Source of the DNA: Podospora anserina
Taxonomy: Eukaryota
Assembly (NCBI GenBank): GCA_017654855.1
Contig: CM030333.1
Coordinates: 3,162,001-3,226,000 of the forward strand
Direction of reading: 5' to 3'
Length of the DNA stretch: 64,000 bases
Shown in pieces: positions 35,812-49,113 of this stretch; position 1 is the first letter of the stretch, and every line of letters starts with the position of its first letter. The notes below the pieces were generated by a model, which made no database searches, was not told the DNA's origin, and saw only the letters and a program-made list of their open reading frames with translations. Made by a program: the position numbers and the translations under genes.

Positions 35812-37119
35812 TCATGGCATCCTATCTCCCGCATATGCCCCACGCCCGCCGATCAAAACAATAAACTCCTCCGGATCTCCTGCGTTGACCTTCCCGCTCT
35901 GGTCAGCCCCCCCATCCGGCTGAACATCGTCATATGCGAACGCATATCCCTTGCCATCAAGATTGCACTCGTGTACAATTCGGCAATAATGGTTCGTAGG
36001 CTCGCAGCAGTAAAACGTCTCCGGCGGAGAAGGGTGCTCCATGATATCCGCAATACAGCTCCTCTGGAACGCAGCCGCAAGTCTTGGAATAATGGCGTTT
36101 CGTTTTGGTGATGGGCCCGTGGTAAAGGGCCCACTGTTGCAACCCAGAATATCTGCCGTGGTAGGCTTCGAAAACGCCTCTCCTCCTATGATGAGCTCGT
36201 TCTTGCCCTTTGGAATGCACCCACTCAAAACCCCCATTGGCGTTTGCGTGTCGACATGCATCTCACACCCTGTTTCGGCCCCATGGCTTTGCTGACTTTG
36301 ACTCTGACCCTTATTTTTGAACCCCATGAACAGAGCCGACAGCCTATTCCGCTTCCCATCTTTCTCAGCCTTGATCTCCTCCTTATGCCCATTTGTATGG
36401 CCCCCCTCCACCCCCTGAGCATACTTCCTCCAAGCTCTTTCCACCAACGGCTCAAAAAACCCGTCGAATTTCACCCCCGCAGCCCCAGCATGAGTCGGAC
36501 TCAGCACCCTCAGCACTTGACCACCACCTCCCTTCTTCATAACAATCAGCCTCTCCCAAGGCCACCCATCCTTCTTCGTCTGCTCCCTCAACCCCTGACA
36601 AACTCTCTCCAACCCATCCTCTGCCATCCCACTGACATGCTGCACCTTCCCACCCCTCTCCTTGAGCGTCAACCCAGCCGGAATCCCACTCACAAAATCC
36701 ACATAACTGATATTGGCAAACAGCTGCGCTGGATCAAGCGTGAACTCACAGAACCCAAAGTTGACTTGGTTATTCGGATCAGTCGGGTTCAAAACAGAGG
36801 GCTCAACAAGCGCCGCTCCACCGCCAGGCCCGCCTTGGTTGCGCAAGAAGGTTAACGGCGTGTCATAGCTGTACCAGATTCTACCGCCCGCTATTTGAGG
36901 GATCGTCACCACACTCGAGTGGCTGCCGAGTACAATGGCGCAGTCTTCTTCAAGAGGCTGCAGAATCTGGCTGGGATTAGAAGGGAAGTAAAGGGAGCTG
37001 TCCTGCTTGACAAAAACACGGCGGGAGGAGTGTTGGATCGCGAGGCCGGTGATGTAAGCGTAGACGGTAGTGCCCGGGGGGGCGTTGTTAACGAGTGAGA
37101 CTTTGAGTGAATTGGGCAT
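35812..37119 (-). CDS. GH64 beta-1,3-glucanase family protein
   Basis: GGRIWYS, FCEFT, NISYVDFV, NHYCRIVH, GYAFAYDDV motifs; start taken at MPNSLKVSL. Confidence 0.9.
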   Translation of the reverse strand: MPNSLKVSLVNNAPPGTTVYAYITGLAIQHSSRRVFVKQDSSLYFPSNPSQILQPLEEDCAIVLGSHSSVVTIPQIAGGRIWYSYDTPLTFLRNQGGPGGGAALVEPSVLNPTDPNNQVNFGFCEFTLDPAQLFANISYVDFVSGIPAGLTLKERGGKVQHVSGMAEDGLERVCQGLREQTKKDGWPWERLIVMKKGGGGQVLRVLSPTHAGAAGVKFDGFFEPLVERAWRKYAQGVEGGHTNGHKEEIKAEKDGKRNRLSALFMGFKNKGQSQSQQSHGAETGCEMHVDTQTPMGVLSGCIPKGKNELIIGGEAFSKPTTADILGCNSGPFTTGPSPKRNAIIPRLAAAFQRSCIADIMEHPSPPETFYCCEPTNHYCRIVHECNLDGKGYAFAYDDVQPDGGADQSGKVNAGDPEEFIVLIGGRGAYAGDRMP

Positions 37120-38652
37120 CTTGGCAACTGGATTGCTTGATAGTTGAACAAAAAATGGATGTTGCTGATCAAGGGGATATCCCCTGGTTTTGTTGCTGCG
37201 ATTTTTCAGCTGGCAATGTTGTGAGGGGTGGGGAAAGGTATGGGGTTTTGGCCATCGTTCGTTGTTGTGGTGGAGAGCTGATGTTGACGCTGGTGTTGCT
37301 GCAGGTGCACCCAATGCATGGCGCCAGATCTTGTTTTTGAGCTGAGATGGAAAAAGAGGGGAATTATGACTTCACTTCGATTTGTTGGAGGGAAGCTGTA
37401 ACTAAGTTGCTGAATATTATGTTCAGTTTCCTCGGCAAGAATCGTGACTTTTCCTCTCTTCTTTGGCAATGCCAAAATGTGCTTTTGCCATTAATATTTT
37501 GAGCATTTGATGGTTAGAAGAAACAATGACGTCGTTCCCAACCCCTGCATCAACAACGGATGAACGATTCAGTTCCACCAACGATCTATCACGTGCTTGT
37601 GGTCCCCAAAAAGCTGGAACTGTTCCAAACTGGCCAACCATATGATGTCTGTGCTCTATGTTTCAGATGCTGAGGAATCTTGGCAGTGGATCCTGTCTCT
37701 GACCCTACTCGGCATTTGACGACCTCGACATTGATGAAGATGGGGGGAATGCATTTCCTAAGAGCACCATGTTTCTGACATTGGTCCGCGAAGAAGTCAA
37801 TAATTTGCTAACTTGTCTCTTTCCATCTTTAACACTTGTTTCCAAACGACCATTGGAGAAGCCTGAGAAACGCGGTTCCAGACAGGCAGCGGACGATGCG
37901 ATGTGGAAGTGTGACCAGGAGCTTTTCATCCTTAAATCCAATTGTCGAGCTCAACATCCGTCGCCGCGAGGGTTTAATGGCTTCATATTACACATGGGGC
38001 AGAGTATCTCACTACATATCCTGCTGCTGTTACGAGGTTGAGTGCATGGGCGAGCTAAAGCACGAGGCGCAGAAAAACAGGACGGCTGTGGTTATACCAA
38101 TGGAAGGAAGGACTCTGAGAGCAACCAAGGGTTTGTGGGGCTTTAAAGTGCCATGCTAATTAAACCGTCTTGAAATGTTTGCTTGCATCTGTGCCACCGG
38201 GCGAGAGCAGGTCATGGAGGCAACGGCCACTGTCCATCAGTCGACAGGTTGTACCTGTGAGCCCTTGATGCCTTGTGTCCCCCGGGGAGGCAGATTCTAA
38301 GACCCAGAACTCGAACTGATCGACCTACTTGTGCAATGCCAACCTGCTTCCGATGCCATGCTTCCCCCTTGTAGCTGGAGACTTGAGTACAACACATCAT
38401 CCGCAGCTTGCCGCCAGCATTCTGGGAATGCCCCAGCTTGGCCATGCATCGAAGGAGGTCATGTTCTGCGGCTCTCCGCCCCCATTGTTGTAACCCTGCT
38501 GCTTTCTTGGGAAAGATTCCTTTGCCTCTTGTCTCTAATAACTGTCACCGAAGACGGGCCAGACCGCCAGCCAGCGGCTTGGATCACCAGCTCCATTTTC
38601 CCTTCGGCGCAACGGTCTTTCGACGACAACAAGCGGCACACCAACACCATTA

Positions 38653-40193
38653 TGATGGCCATGAAGGCCCTGTTTTGCATCCAAATAACTTTCTTCCGTT
38701 TGGCATATGCCCACTGGCTTGGCCAAAAGCCCGATGGTCCCCACAACAACTATGGCCTGCCCGAGGCCACAGCAACATCATCACCAGACGACATCAAAGG
38801 TTGGTCGCCAAAGCCAACCGAGCCACCCCTCCCAAACCATGGACCAGACATCAGCTTCATCGAGTTGATGAGAAGAAGCGAACATTGGATAAAGGCCAAG
38901 CGGCAGACAACTCAGTATCTGAACTCGAAGACGTGCGGCTATTTTCCCTCAGACGAATGCAAGTTGTCCTCTGTCTACCCTTCACCCCGAGCCTCCCTAA
39001 CAAAGCCCCTATTTCAGTTGACCCCTGGGTATGCCCCAACTCAGAAACATGCACCACCAACACCAACAACGTCGTTGCGTGCCTCTCCTCAGGCGAGACA
39101 GGGCCATTCTTCAGCGTCTGTTTCGACTACTCAGCCTACAAGCAGGGTCTATGCGACGATAGGAGCGCAGACAACCCCGAAACTGGGTGCTGGTAAGTCG
39201 GGCGCCTTTACGTCACGAATGACCAGCAGCAGCTAACGTTTCTTGAACACCAGCGCATCGTCAACAAACCCTGCATGTGTCATGTACCTCTGGCCCGGCC
39301 CCCAACCCAAAAGCATGTTCTTCTGCCATCCAAGCTCAACAATCATCACCATGCTGGACGTCCCGCGAAGTGTACTCGACGCCTCCACCAGCAGCACCTC
39401 AACCGAGCCACCCTCAACTACGACCTCACCTCCCCCCGACCCCACGCCCCCGCCTCCCGACCCATCAGCAATCAACATCGATGCCATAACCGGCGGTGTC
39501 ATAGGCGGGGTAGCCTTCCTGTCCCTTATCGCAGCAGCGATCTTCTTCCTTCACCAGCGTCGTAAGAAAAAGTCCCCTCCCAGCCCTCCTCCTCCCACCA
39601 ACCAGAATTACACCCCCGTCCCACCCAACAACAACCCTACTCCCAATCAACAACCCTACTTCCCCCCCCGACGACCAGACTTCCTCTCCCTCCCAAGTAG
39701 CTCAACCCTCCCCTCCTCGACCCCCTACCTCTCCAACATCAGCCCCCCAACCGGCGGCGACCCATACTTTCCCCACCAATACGACCCTTCCAAACAACAA
39801 CCACCCGAAACACAGCAGCAGCAGCAAGGCTACTTTTTCTACGGACCCGGTAGCGGTGATGCTGGCGTGGGGTTGTATCCTCACGGCACCCCCAACACGC
39901 AGAACTCCCATTTTGAATCGCAGTATACCACCCGTCCTGCTCAGGGGCAGGAATCCTACCAACCCTACACCCCCCCGCAGCAAGAACAGCCCCAGCTCTC
40001 CGAGTTAGACAGTGATGACGTAGGAAAAGGCCAGAGCGGTAATCCAGCCGAGATGATGGGCAGTTGCGCCGAGCAGCAGAACAGAAACAGGGCTGAGATG
40101 CCGGAGGAGTGTGACGCAGAGAGACAGAGTGCAAATCCAGCTGAGACGCCCATAATACCAGAGCCAAGAGTAGATAGCCAAGCTCACGCCTGA
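38653..40193 (+). CDS. Single-pass membrane protein with Cys-rich ectodomain and Pro/Gln-rich tail (3 exons)
   Basis: Signal-like N-terminus, GWSPKPT, TCGY, CFDY; TM AITGGVIGGVAFLSLIAAAIFFL followed by RRKKK; introns 38959-39017 (GC-AG) and 39193-39254. Confidence 0.8.
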
Positions 40194-40263
40194 AAAAAAC
40201 GGCAAGATAAGATAAGGGGATTACATTGTTTCTTGCTTGACTTCGCACGATGACCTCCAGCCT

Positions 40264-41618
40264 TTACACCCCCTTCTTCTCCCTTAACCAATGCAAATTA
40301 ACCGGCGTAACCGCCTCTCCACCATCCCTCACCACCCTCAAGATATTCCTCATACTCAACTCCTCAAATCCGACATGCGTCTCCACCGTCCCGCCAGCGT
40401 TGTGACACGTCAACATTACCCTCCCCGGATGCTGGCCTCTGTCATCAAACCCTAAGCCAGTCGCCATCCTCACCAGTCTCTCGTTCACACTGGGCTCATC
40501 CATATGAACATCCAACGCCGCAGCCCCTACCACTCCACTGTCCAACGCATCCGCCAACGCCTCCTCATCCACAAGCGACCCCCGTGCAATATTCACAAAC
40601 CTCGTCCCTGGCCGTAGGTAGCCAAACGTCTCAGCAGTGATGATCGGTCTCCCGTCCGCAGAAGCAGGCGTGCATAACACCACGCAGTCCGATACCTTCA
40701 TCAGGCCTTCCAACTTCTCGTAGAATGTAGCTCTGAGCTCAGACTCGACAGCAGCAGGTTTCCTCACAACGTCATAGTAAGCAATCTTCATCCCAAAGGC
40801 CGGATTCCCCATCTTAGCAGCTATCTGTTGCCCTATATTCCCAAACCCGATCAACCCCAACGTATGCCCTCGTGGGTTGTGACTAGCAGCCGTGGCTCTC
40901 GCGTGGCATTCCCGAAAGGTACTCCTGGCATCGCTCGAGGACGTTAGGTAGGGAAACGTAGCGGCGTTCATGCACCACGGAAGGTGTCGAAAGGTCGAGA
41001 TGATCATGGCGACGGAAAAGTCCGCTACTGCTTCTGCCGCGGCGAGGCCCGAGTTGCAGTAGATTATCCCTGTTTTCTTCCAGTCAGCTTGCGGTTGGGA
41101 AAGTTCTACCCAGCAACAGAAAGCGCACCTCTTTCTCCCAGGAGTTTGGTATCCGCCCAGTCGAACCCGGCGCCCGCGCTCGCAAAAACTTTGACCGACG
41201 AAGGCAACAGGTCAATGAGCTCAGCATCCCACCGTCCCATCTCTCCTCCTGTGCCCCAGAATGGACGGAAAATGGCGCTAAAGTGACCCCATCTTTTCTC
41301 TTTCAGGGCGCGGATGAGCTCGTTTCTTTCGCGCTCGGGGGTGGGCGGCCGGATAACCTCAAAGGCAGCGTTGAACTCGGCGTAGGTGTCCGGGTTGTAC
41401 TTGATCGGGTCGCCAATATGAAGGACTATCGGTCGTTGTGGTTTTCGAGTCGCAGTATCTGGTGAGGAGGTAGTTGACGGCCAGAGAGGGATCGTGGCTG
41501 TCGTCGCATTGGGTGTCAAGCTAGGGATTGAGTACTGTTGCAGCGGGGAGCTTGACCGCGGGGTTGATGCCGGTACCGGAGTGCTTGCCGGCATGGGAGT
41601 GTTTGTAGGCTCTGCCAT
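40264..41618 (-). CDS. D-isomer-specific 2-hydroxyacid dehydrogenase
   Basis: AGAGFDW, LGLIGFGNIG, VNIARG, LDVH..EP, HNAGGT; intron about 41070-41128. Confidence 0.92.
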
Positions 41619-42461
41619 TGTCGACACAAGATGTCTCGACCGCTCGTTCACTGCACCACAGCCCAATTTTTGGTGTTTGACGAGAGGAAAAGAACTGGGC
41701 AAATTCATCCTGCAGTCAGACCCCCAACACCTTTTACTTTGCGCTCGCAATACCAAGGGTGCAACGCCAGCAAAAGGGGGCCAGCGCGGCAATGCAGAAA
41801 TCCCGGCTAGCTCTGCCGCGATAAGCCTGACAGTGAGTGCCAAACCCGGAAATTCCGGGAGCGTTAGGTGAGCGTTAGTTCGGATGACATCCGATCAGAT
41901 GGTGACAATAGGATCGTCCATCCTGTCCTCTAGCCGACGGCCCGTACCACCACAGAAACACTGTTTCTCAGCAGCCAGTCGGCGATTCTCTCTCCGCATT
42001 TTGCCCTCTGTGCCGTGTTCACAAGGAGCTCCTGGCGTGAGAAAACAGCTGATGATCATCAAAGCTGTCGGGTCGGGCGGCCGTAGTTGCAGAAAGAGAG
42101 CCAGTAATACATGTCTTCCACCACGCTGTGAAACAGTGGTGTTGTCACCAACAAGTTGGGGGTGCGGGGTCCGAGAAGGTCGCTAAAAACGTGCTATGCG
42201 AGCCGAGCCGTGGTGGAGGATGTGGGGGAGTTTCCACTATGACATTGATGACGAATTAGGTGGGGGTCCAGTTGACAGGACCTCGGGAGCCGCAACTTTG
42301 ATGAGCCCAAAGAGCTCAGGGATGGGTCGTTGTCTCTCACCTCAGAGGTTGGATATCATAGATGACCAATGGTACCTTATATTGTCGCTATAACGGTTTA
42401 GATGCCATACGTAGGCTTATCGGCTGCGTGGTTACATTCACATATGAACCTTTCAGCCGCG

Positions 42462-45119
42462 TCATATCCCGTCTCCGCCGGGATCTCCATGGGGGTCCAT
42501 GACACCGGCTTTTCCAAGCCATTCCCACCAGTCCACGTTGTCATCAATATCCATGCCTGGCTGAAATTCGCCAGTTATATCTCCTGCCAAGGTTGGACTG
42601 ACCCCCATCCAAGGTTGAGGATCAATAGCCATGTTCGGCATTGGGAACGACGGTATATTAGCGAAGGCTGCTGTGGAAACACTGTGAGTATTTGATGGGT
42701 TGGTAAGAGGGTTCGGTCTTGATGCAATCCCCTGGTAGCCAAAGTTGAAGCCGCTTGGAGCTTGGTTGTTGTTGGTGTGACCAAATCCCCCCAAATTCGC
42801 TCCGTTGAACGAGGTCTCGATGCCAGATGTTTCAGGTCTGCTGTAGGACATACCAACGGGCTTGGCCGCCACAAGTCCTTGCCATCGTTCCCGAAATAAT
42901 TGGGCACTCAGTGAGTCTGGGAACGGCCCATCACTTGCGAAGGGCGTTCGTCGTGCATCTTCTTCTTCTAGTAACCTTGCTCTGACCGGATCCTTCCGCA
43001 GACGTTCAAGCTCTGCTTCCCGATGTTTTCGTGCTTGGGCTATCAGCCGGCGTAGTGGTGTCCAAAACCTCGGGCCCCTTTCTAGGCTCGACTTGCTGGG
43101 GACCAGATATTCGCTGTGAAGAGCCAACCATGCGCGCTCAACGGTCGGCGACCAAGGCCTTTGCGTGATCTCAAGAAGAATGAAGATGATAGCATGCCAA
43201 TGTGTATAAGAATGCGATACCCAGCTCCATCCCTTGATTTCTGTCTGGGTATTGATGGCATGATTCTGCTCCGTGATTTCGATCGCTGACAGCAGGAGCT
43301 TGTCGCGGACCTCCATGGGCATATCTTGCTTGTTTGGCGAGGAGAGGAGTGCGGGAAAGTGAAGTATGAGCCGGACCTTTGCGACAACAAGACGTGCAAC
43401 GGTAATTCCAATCCAGTACTTGATATCAGGCTCCCCAGCTTGATGATGTCGGATATAACGCTGGTCGAATTTTGAGTAGAGCTCGTCCAGAATCCGGTCC
43501 ATATCTCTGATGCCATCGGCTGTTGGATTCATCATTCGGCGCATCATGTTAGACACCTCATAGCAGTACAGAGCATTGCTCATGTCTGTCATGCCCTCCC
43601 GTTCCGCGGGAAGTTCCGTCATATCCGGGCTGATATCTGAGTCGTTCACATTCAGGGGAAGCTTTGTGTCGAAAGTACCATGGGATATTGTGACCTCGGT
43701 GCCTTGATCTTCCGATGTCCTGGCATCAAGGAAACAAACACCCCACCAAACTCGGCGACGCATCTCAGCTTCGTACGGTGAAAGGCCTTTCATCTTAGCG
43801 TCATCCCGGTTGAGGCCAAGAGATTGGGCCATCCGGATCACAATTCCAGTCATCATCCAGACAAACCTGGGGCTGTCGTTGCAGCGGACCAACAAAAGAA
43901 ATATGAGAAGCGCCTGGACCACAATGAGGCTGGGCGAGCCGAGAAAGTTCGTTTTTGCAAGAGCATGCTCAAAACCGGAACGAAACTTCCGTGTGAGCTC
44001 ATCTTTGGTAGACCCGAGATTCCCTGCTACCTGTAAAGAGCATCAACATAAATATTTTCAAAATATCAAAGAGGGTCATGCTCACATCTGGTTCTTCCAT
44101 TGACGTGACAGCCGCAAAGTAAATGGCAAACATCAAGGTTTCCTGCGCCGGTCCAAGTACTGGTGGGGCTCCATCATGCTTCGGTAATAGAAGCTGTTTG
44201 ACGGCAGGCATATGAACAGTTTGCATCAAGCTGTTGACATTCTCACCAAATACCCCAAGCAAAAAGGGTACCTGCGCTGGAGCTGGATACAAGTGATAGA
44301 TGGATGCTCCGCTAGACCCTAGACTTTGTCCTAGAAAAACAGTGTGCCTCGGCGATGAGACTTGAGTAGCAGCAGTATTGGCATTTCGAAATGCATCTTC
44401 GGGATCCGAGTCGGAGCTATTTGGGTCTTCTTGGTGCAATGCTCCGGTTTGAGACCGTAAGAGGTCAAGCTGTTGCTATCAGCATTCTTGTCTCGACGTA
44501 GCTGGCCTCTCAATCTCACCTCGTCATAGATTCTCGAGAATATGCCACTTCTCACGTGGCCCTGTTGGTTTGTATCATCCAATGATAACTGCTGGGTCAT
44601 CTCAACAGGTGACTTGGACGGGTTGTTGGCGTTGCGAATAGCGGCTTCACCACCCAGGTCTTTAACGAGCTGTTCGAGCTTTTCTAACCGTTGCATGACA
44701 TGAGTTGCATCTGCCTTTTGCGAACTTATGTTTGGTAGGCTGCTCATGACTGGTGTCTGGGGTGGTGCTGTGCTTGGTGGACTAGTGGTACAGCTACTGG
44801 CACCAGGAGCGGCCCGCCGGGCCCATCGAGGTGGGCGGTACGGAGCCAGAACACAAGCAATGCCATAACGCTTGCAATTCGAACATGGAGACACTTTGTC
44901 GCACTTTACTTTTCTGGCGGCAGTTAGCTTTTGTCAAAAGGAAATTAGAGTTCAGGAATTCAGCAAAGTATTTGAACAGTACCTCGCCCGACATGTCACG
45001 CAACTTCTCACACGTGCTGGTTGGGACAGGTCACCCAAGAGTGAGGAAAGATCCTCTTGATGTTGAGAGGCGTTTAACCCCGTATTGAGACTCGGTATTT
45101 GCGGGAGAGAGCGCGACAT
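42462..45119 (-). CDS. Zn(II)2Cys6 transcription factor with fungal TF middle domain
   Basis: SCVTCRAR|KVKCDKVSPCSNCKRYGIAC across intron 1; AQSLGLNRD, EMRRRVWW, PLNVNDSD. Confidence 0.92.
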
Positions 45120-45434
45120 TTTGATTACTTGTGTCAGATTCGCTATTTGAATATGAATTGGAGTTCTGCTGTTGTGAGGATGAGACGAACTTGCGAAGTT
45201 GTTTGTCAAAGACCCGCATGTTTGCTAAAGTCCGAAGGTCTGTGAAGCGACCAATCACAAAGCCTATGCAGTCTACAACAGGGTTAAATGGGCCCACTTC
45301 TTCGCGTTTCTCGGCCACTTCGGCTGCCAAGAGATTATGGCCGACCGGGCAGTTGACGGATCGTTACTGACATCAGCCAGGTGCCCAACGGTCGACCCAA
45401 CGACGACAGCATTCCGAGTTAGGTTTTGACCACA

Positions 45435-47440
45435 ATGCGTTTAATAAACACCACGACGCTGAGACTGGAATCGCCATGGTCCACGCCCATTTACGCTATT
45501 TTGTCACACACTTGGGGGGAGGATGAGGTCCTCTTCGCCGATATCTGCGACCCACAACAGCTGCTTCCTGTCCACAAGAAGGGATTTCGCAAGGTCAGCC
45601 ACAGCTGTGAGCGTGCTCGCCAAGATGGTTACAACTACATGTGGATTGATACCTGCTGCATCGATAAGACCAGTAGTGCCGAGCTCTCGGAAGCAATCAA
45701 CTCCATGTTCCGATGGTATCACAGGGCAGACAGATGCTATGCCTACCTCTCCGACATCAATGTTCCAGGAGAACCATCGGTGGAACTTGAGAACAGCCGC
45801 TGGTTTACTCGGGGCTGGACGCTTCAAGAGCTGATTGCGCCGCGAGACGTGCGCTTTTATGATAGCCAATGGTGTTTCTTGGGAAGCAGACAGCTCCTTC
45901 GCGGCACCCCCATCGCCGACATCTCTGAGCTCACAGATTTGGCCGACACCATCAGCAAGGTAACGGGAATTCCCGCCGAAATTCTTCGTTGGTTCTCGCC
46001 AAAGCCAGACTCACCACTGGTGAGACGGCGGAGTAAAAGGGGAGGGCTCGACAAATACGAACCAACACACGCCCTAGACAAGCTTTTGAGGGCCTGTAGC
46101 GTAGGACAAATCATGTCTTGGGCTGCTTACCGATTCACCACAAGAAAAGAGGACGAAGCATACTCTCTTCTGGGTCTCTTTGGGGTCAACATGCCAATGT
46201 TGTACGGAGAAGGGCGCAGTGCCTTCCACCGGCTTCAGCAGGAAATACTAAAGACGTCCAACGATCAGTCTATTCTTGCCTTTGAACGACAGTTTTACTC
46301 GGATAGCAGTTCGCTACTAGCAGATTCGCCTCGATGCTATGCCTCGTCGGAAATTATACAGAGTTTGAACAATGGTCCCCTCCTATCAGGCGCAACTCCG
46401 TTTTTCGAATTATCGCCTTCTCCAAAGGCCGTCGAGGCCGGGTTGCTTCTTTGCCCACTGATCAGGCAGGGCAAGGAAGATACTACGTGCTACTTGGCGA
46501 TCTTGAACTGCATCTATCGGTCCGACTTCACCAGCCATCCGGCCATAATCCTCCGCAAGATTGACAGCAAGTCCCGCACATTTTACCGAACACCCAAATC
46601 CGGGCTACACCGAATCACTCCCATTAACGACCAAGGTTTGATAGAATGGTCAACTGCTGTTGATGGAGGTAAGCACTTTTTTCTACGGCCTTGAAACCAC
46701 AAAGCTTATCAAGAAAGTGCCTAGTGTCGAACCGATTGCGCTATGATCTCAACAAAGTCTACTTCGAGACGATCCGTCTTTACTTGGAGCCTCCTCAAAT
46801 CCTGTCTAGCATCTCGTATGGTGTTGGACAACCAGCTTCAAGCTCTCTCTCTACTCCAGGAATGAGGATCAAGCTTGAAATGCCAGACACAATGAGATTT
46901 TCTTCTGGTGCCTATCCTCATATGTTACAGGTCACGAAGAATCGGGTTTACGCCCCATCTATCACGCTCGATAGTTGGCCCAAGCGGTTTCTGGACAATC
47001 AAAAACCTATGACGAACTACCTAGCGCTCTTCGGCACTGTTCTTCTTCACTTTGAAGGCATGGGTGCAGTTGCCTTGTCATGGGGAAAGTCATGTGCTCC
47101 TGAACGTGGGGATCGATCTCCTGAGCCTTTTATTGCAATCATGGACTGGGCCAAAGTTGTCAGAGCTGCACATGGCAAGGAGTTAGAGCTTTTTGATCTG
47201 GAAAATTTGCGTTTGCGGACTACCGCCGAGTTCCTTTATGCGACGTATTCGTGGACATGGGTATCTTTGCTGGCCACCAAGCCAGACATCCGAGCCGAAC
47301 ACGACAGCCCTCGAATAAAGGTGCGATGCAGGATACGGACCGTCGAGTTTTTAGGACGACCTCTCTTTGAACTGGAGCTTTCAGTTCTTCCCCAAGGCAG
47401 ATCGAGTTTCGTTGGCATGGTACGATCTTCATTTTCATGA
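45435..47440 (+). CDS. HET-domain protein (no NOD domain)
   Basis: YAILSHTW, WIDTCCIDK..SAELSEAINSMFRWY, SRWFTRGWTLQELIAP, AYSLLGLFGVNMPMLYGEG; intron 46669-46724. Confidence 0.93.
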
Positions 47441-48493
47441 GGCTTTTGGGCTCAGAGCGCCACGCCAGGGTGAACCGGGAATTCGCCCGATGTTGGCGGA
47501 GCCAGATAGCCGTTTGCCTCGACCGGTTTCTGCTGTTGCGGGTTCTTCTTTCCGAATCCAGATAGTCGGCCATCGGAAACATAAACGACAGCAAAGACAA
47601 CTTCAAGTTCAAGACCTCGATGTCAGGTTAGGAAAGCGCAAACCCAGTTCGTGATGGATTACGCTACCCTTACAAACCGACCATGCAAGATCAGGAACGG
47701 AGTACGACGTTGCGGACCTCTTCGCTAAGGCACAGTTGGGCCGAAGAGGAAGGCGATCCACGGAAAACTTTTATCACCTTGTTCTTGGCAGCCACAGAAG
47801 AACGATTGCAAATTCTTACAAACGAGTCCTTGAAGCGCGCCATTTTCAAAGTTAACAAGATTTCAGAAAGTGCCACGCGTTACTGCGACCCTTCTGACCA
47901 GAATTCCACTCATCAAAGCGCCGGCACTTCCCCAATTGCGGATGGTGGTGCTAACGGGCGGGGTAGCATGACCCAAAGTTGACATATTTGCGGCGTACTA
48001 GTCCATTCGGTCGGTTAAGTCGAAGGGACGCATCTTCCGCAATAACCTAATCTGTAGGTAAGCCTCTCGGAAAAAAGTCTGGCAGGTTCAACGTCGCAGT
48101 ACCAAGAGACGGCACGGCAGAATGGATCGTCAACCCATCTGGGCACCGCCTTGCCATGCATGACGGCTACAACGAGCAGGAAGTCAAGAGATGAGGAGTT
48201 ACCCTGGAGTTCCATGAACCAGGAAGGGAGACAGCTGTCAATTCCCGGTAATGCACGTTCAGTCCGGGGTTCAGACGGCATCACGGCATCGCGATTCTTT
48301 TCACCAACCCAAGTCCGGGGTAAATGAGGCGTCACTTATCTTGCAGGCTCGTCCGAGAGATATAAATCACGCTTGCCCCATGCCCCGGAGACTGACATCA
48401 TGCTCCACAACCTGTCACTTCTCTTGCTCCGCTCGCTAGCAACACTACTACCGGTGCCTACTACCTTGCCTGGCTGATTGACTGCTACTCAAG

Positions 48494-49113
48494 ATGCGCA
48501 TCTCCACCGTCCTCTCCCTGGCAGGTCTTGCCACCGCGGCCCCTGTTCCAGAAGCAGAAGCCCCAAAGTTCGGAATTGCACCGGCTGGCCAAGGATTCTT
48601 TGGAGCCGGTCAGGTCCGCACTCTCTGGAACCAGGGCGACCACTCCAACCTTGGGTGCCTGACCAACACCGGCCTCTGGACCACGAACGAAAGCCAATGC
48701 GGCACGTTTGTCTCCAAGGAGCTCACAACTGGCCACAGCGTGAAGACATTCCAACTATTCACTTCGGCTGGACCCTGCTCCATCTACGGCGCGAAATTCT
48801 ACTGCGACAAGAATGCGACTCCCTTTCTCTTTGGTGTAAGTCTCTATACTACCACCACCAAGCTCCGTACCCCCGATGCATAAACTGACACCATCCACAG
48901 CTCTGGCCCTGGCCCAACTCCATTCCCGGAGTTGACTCCCTCCGCGCAGGCCAGTACGGCCTCATGGCAACCTTTGGCAACAACCCCCCTCTCAAAGAGG
49001 AAGGTCCCCAAGAGATTCACTTTGTCACATACAGGGAGACGGGCAAGTACGTCTGGCTTACCTGGGCGCCGCTGCGAGGAGGGCCGATTTTGACTCCGGT
49101 TCCCATTGAATAA
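48494..49113 (+). CDS. Small secreted protein resembling the C-terminal domain of fungal RNase T2
   Basis: Signal peptide; FxGxG...GCLTNTGLW...CGTF...TSAGPC...C pattern; intron 48836-48900; 184 aa. Confidence 0.7.

Noticed and set aside
35167..36855. Long antisense ORFs (196 and 203 aa) and similar ones elsewhere
   Set aside because: Shadows of codon-biased genes on the opposite strand.
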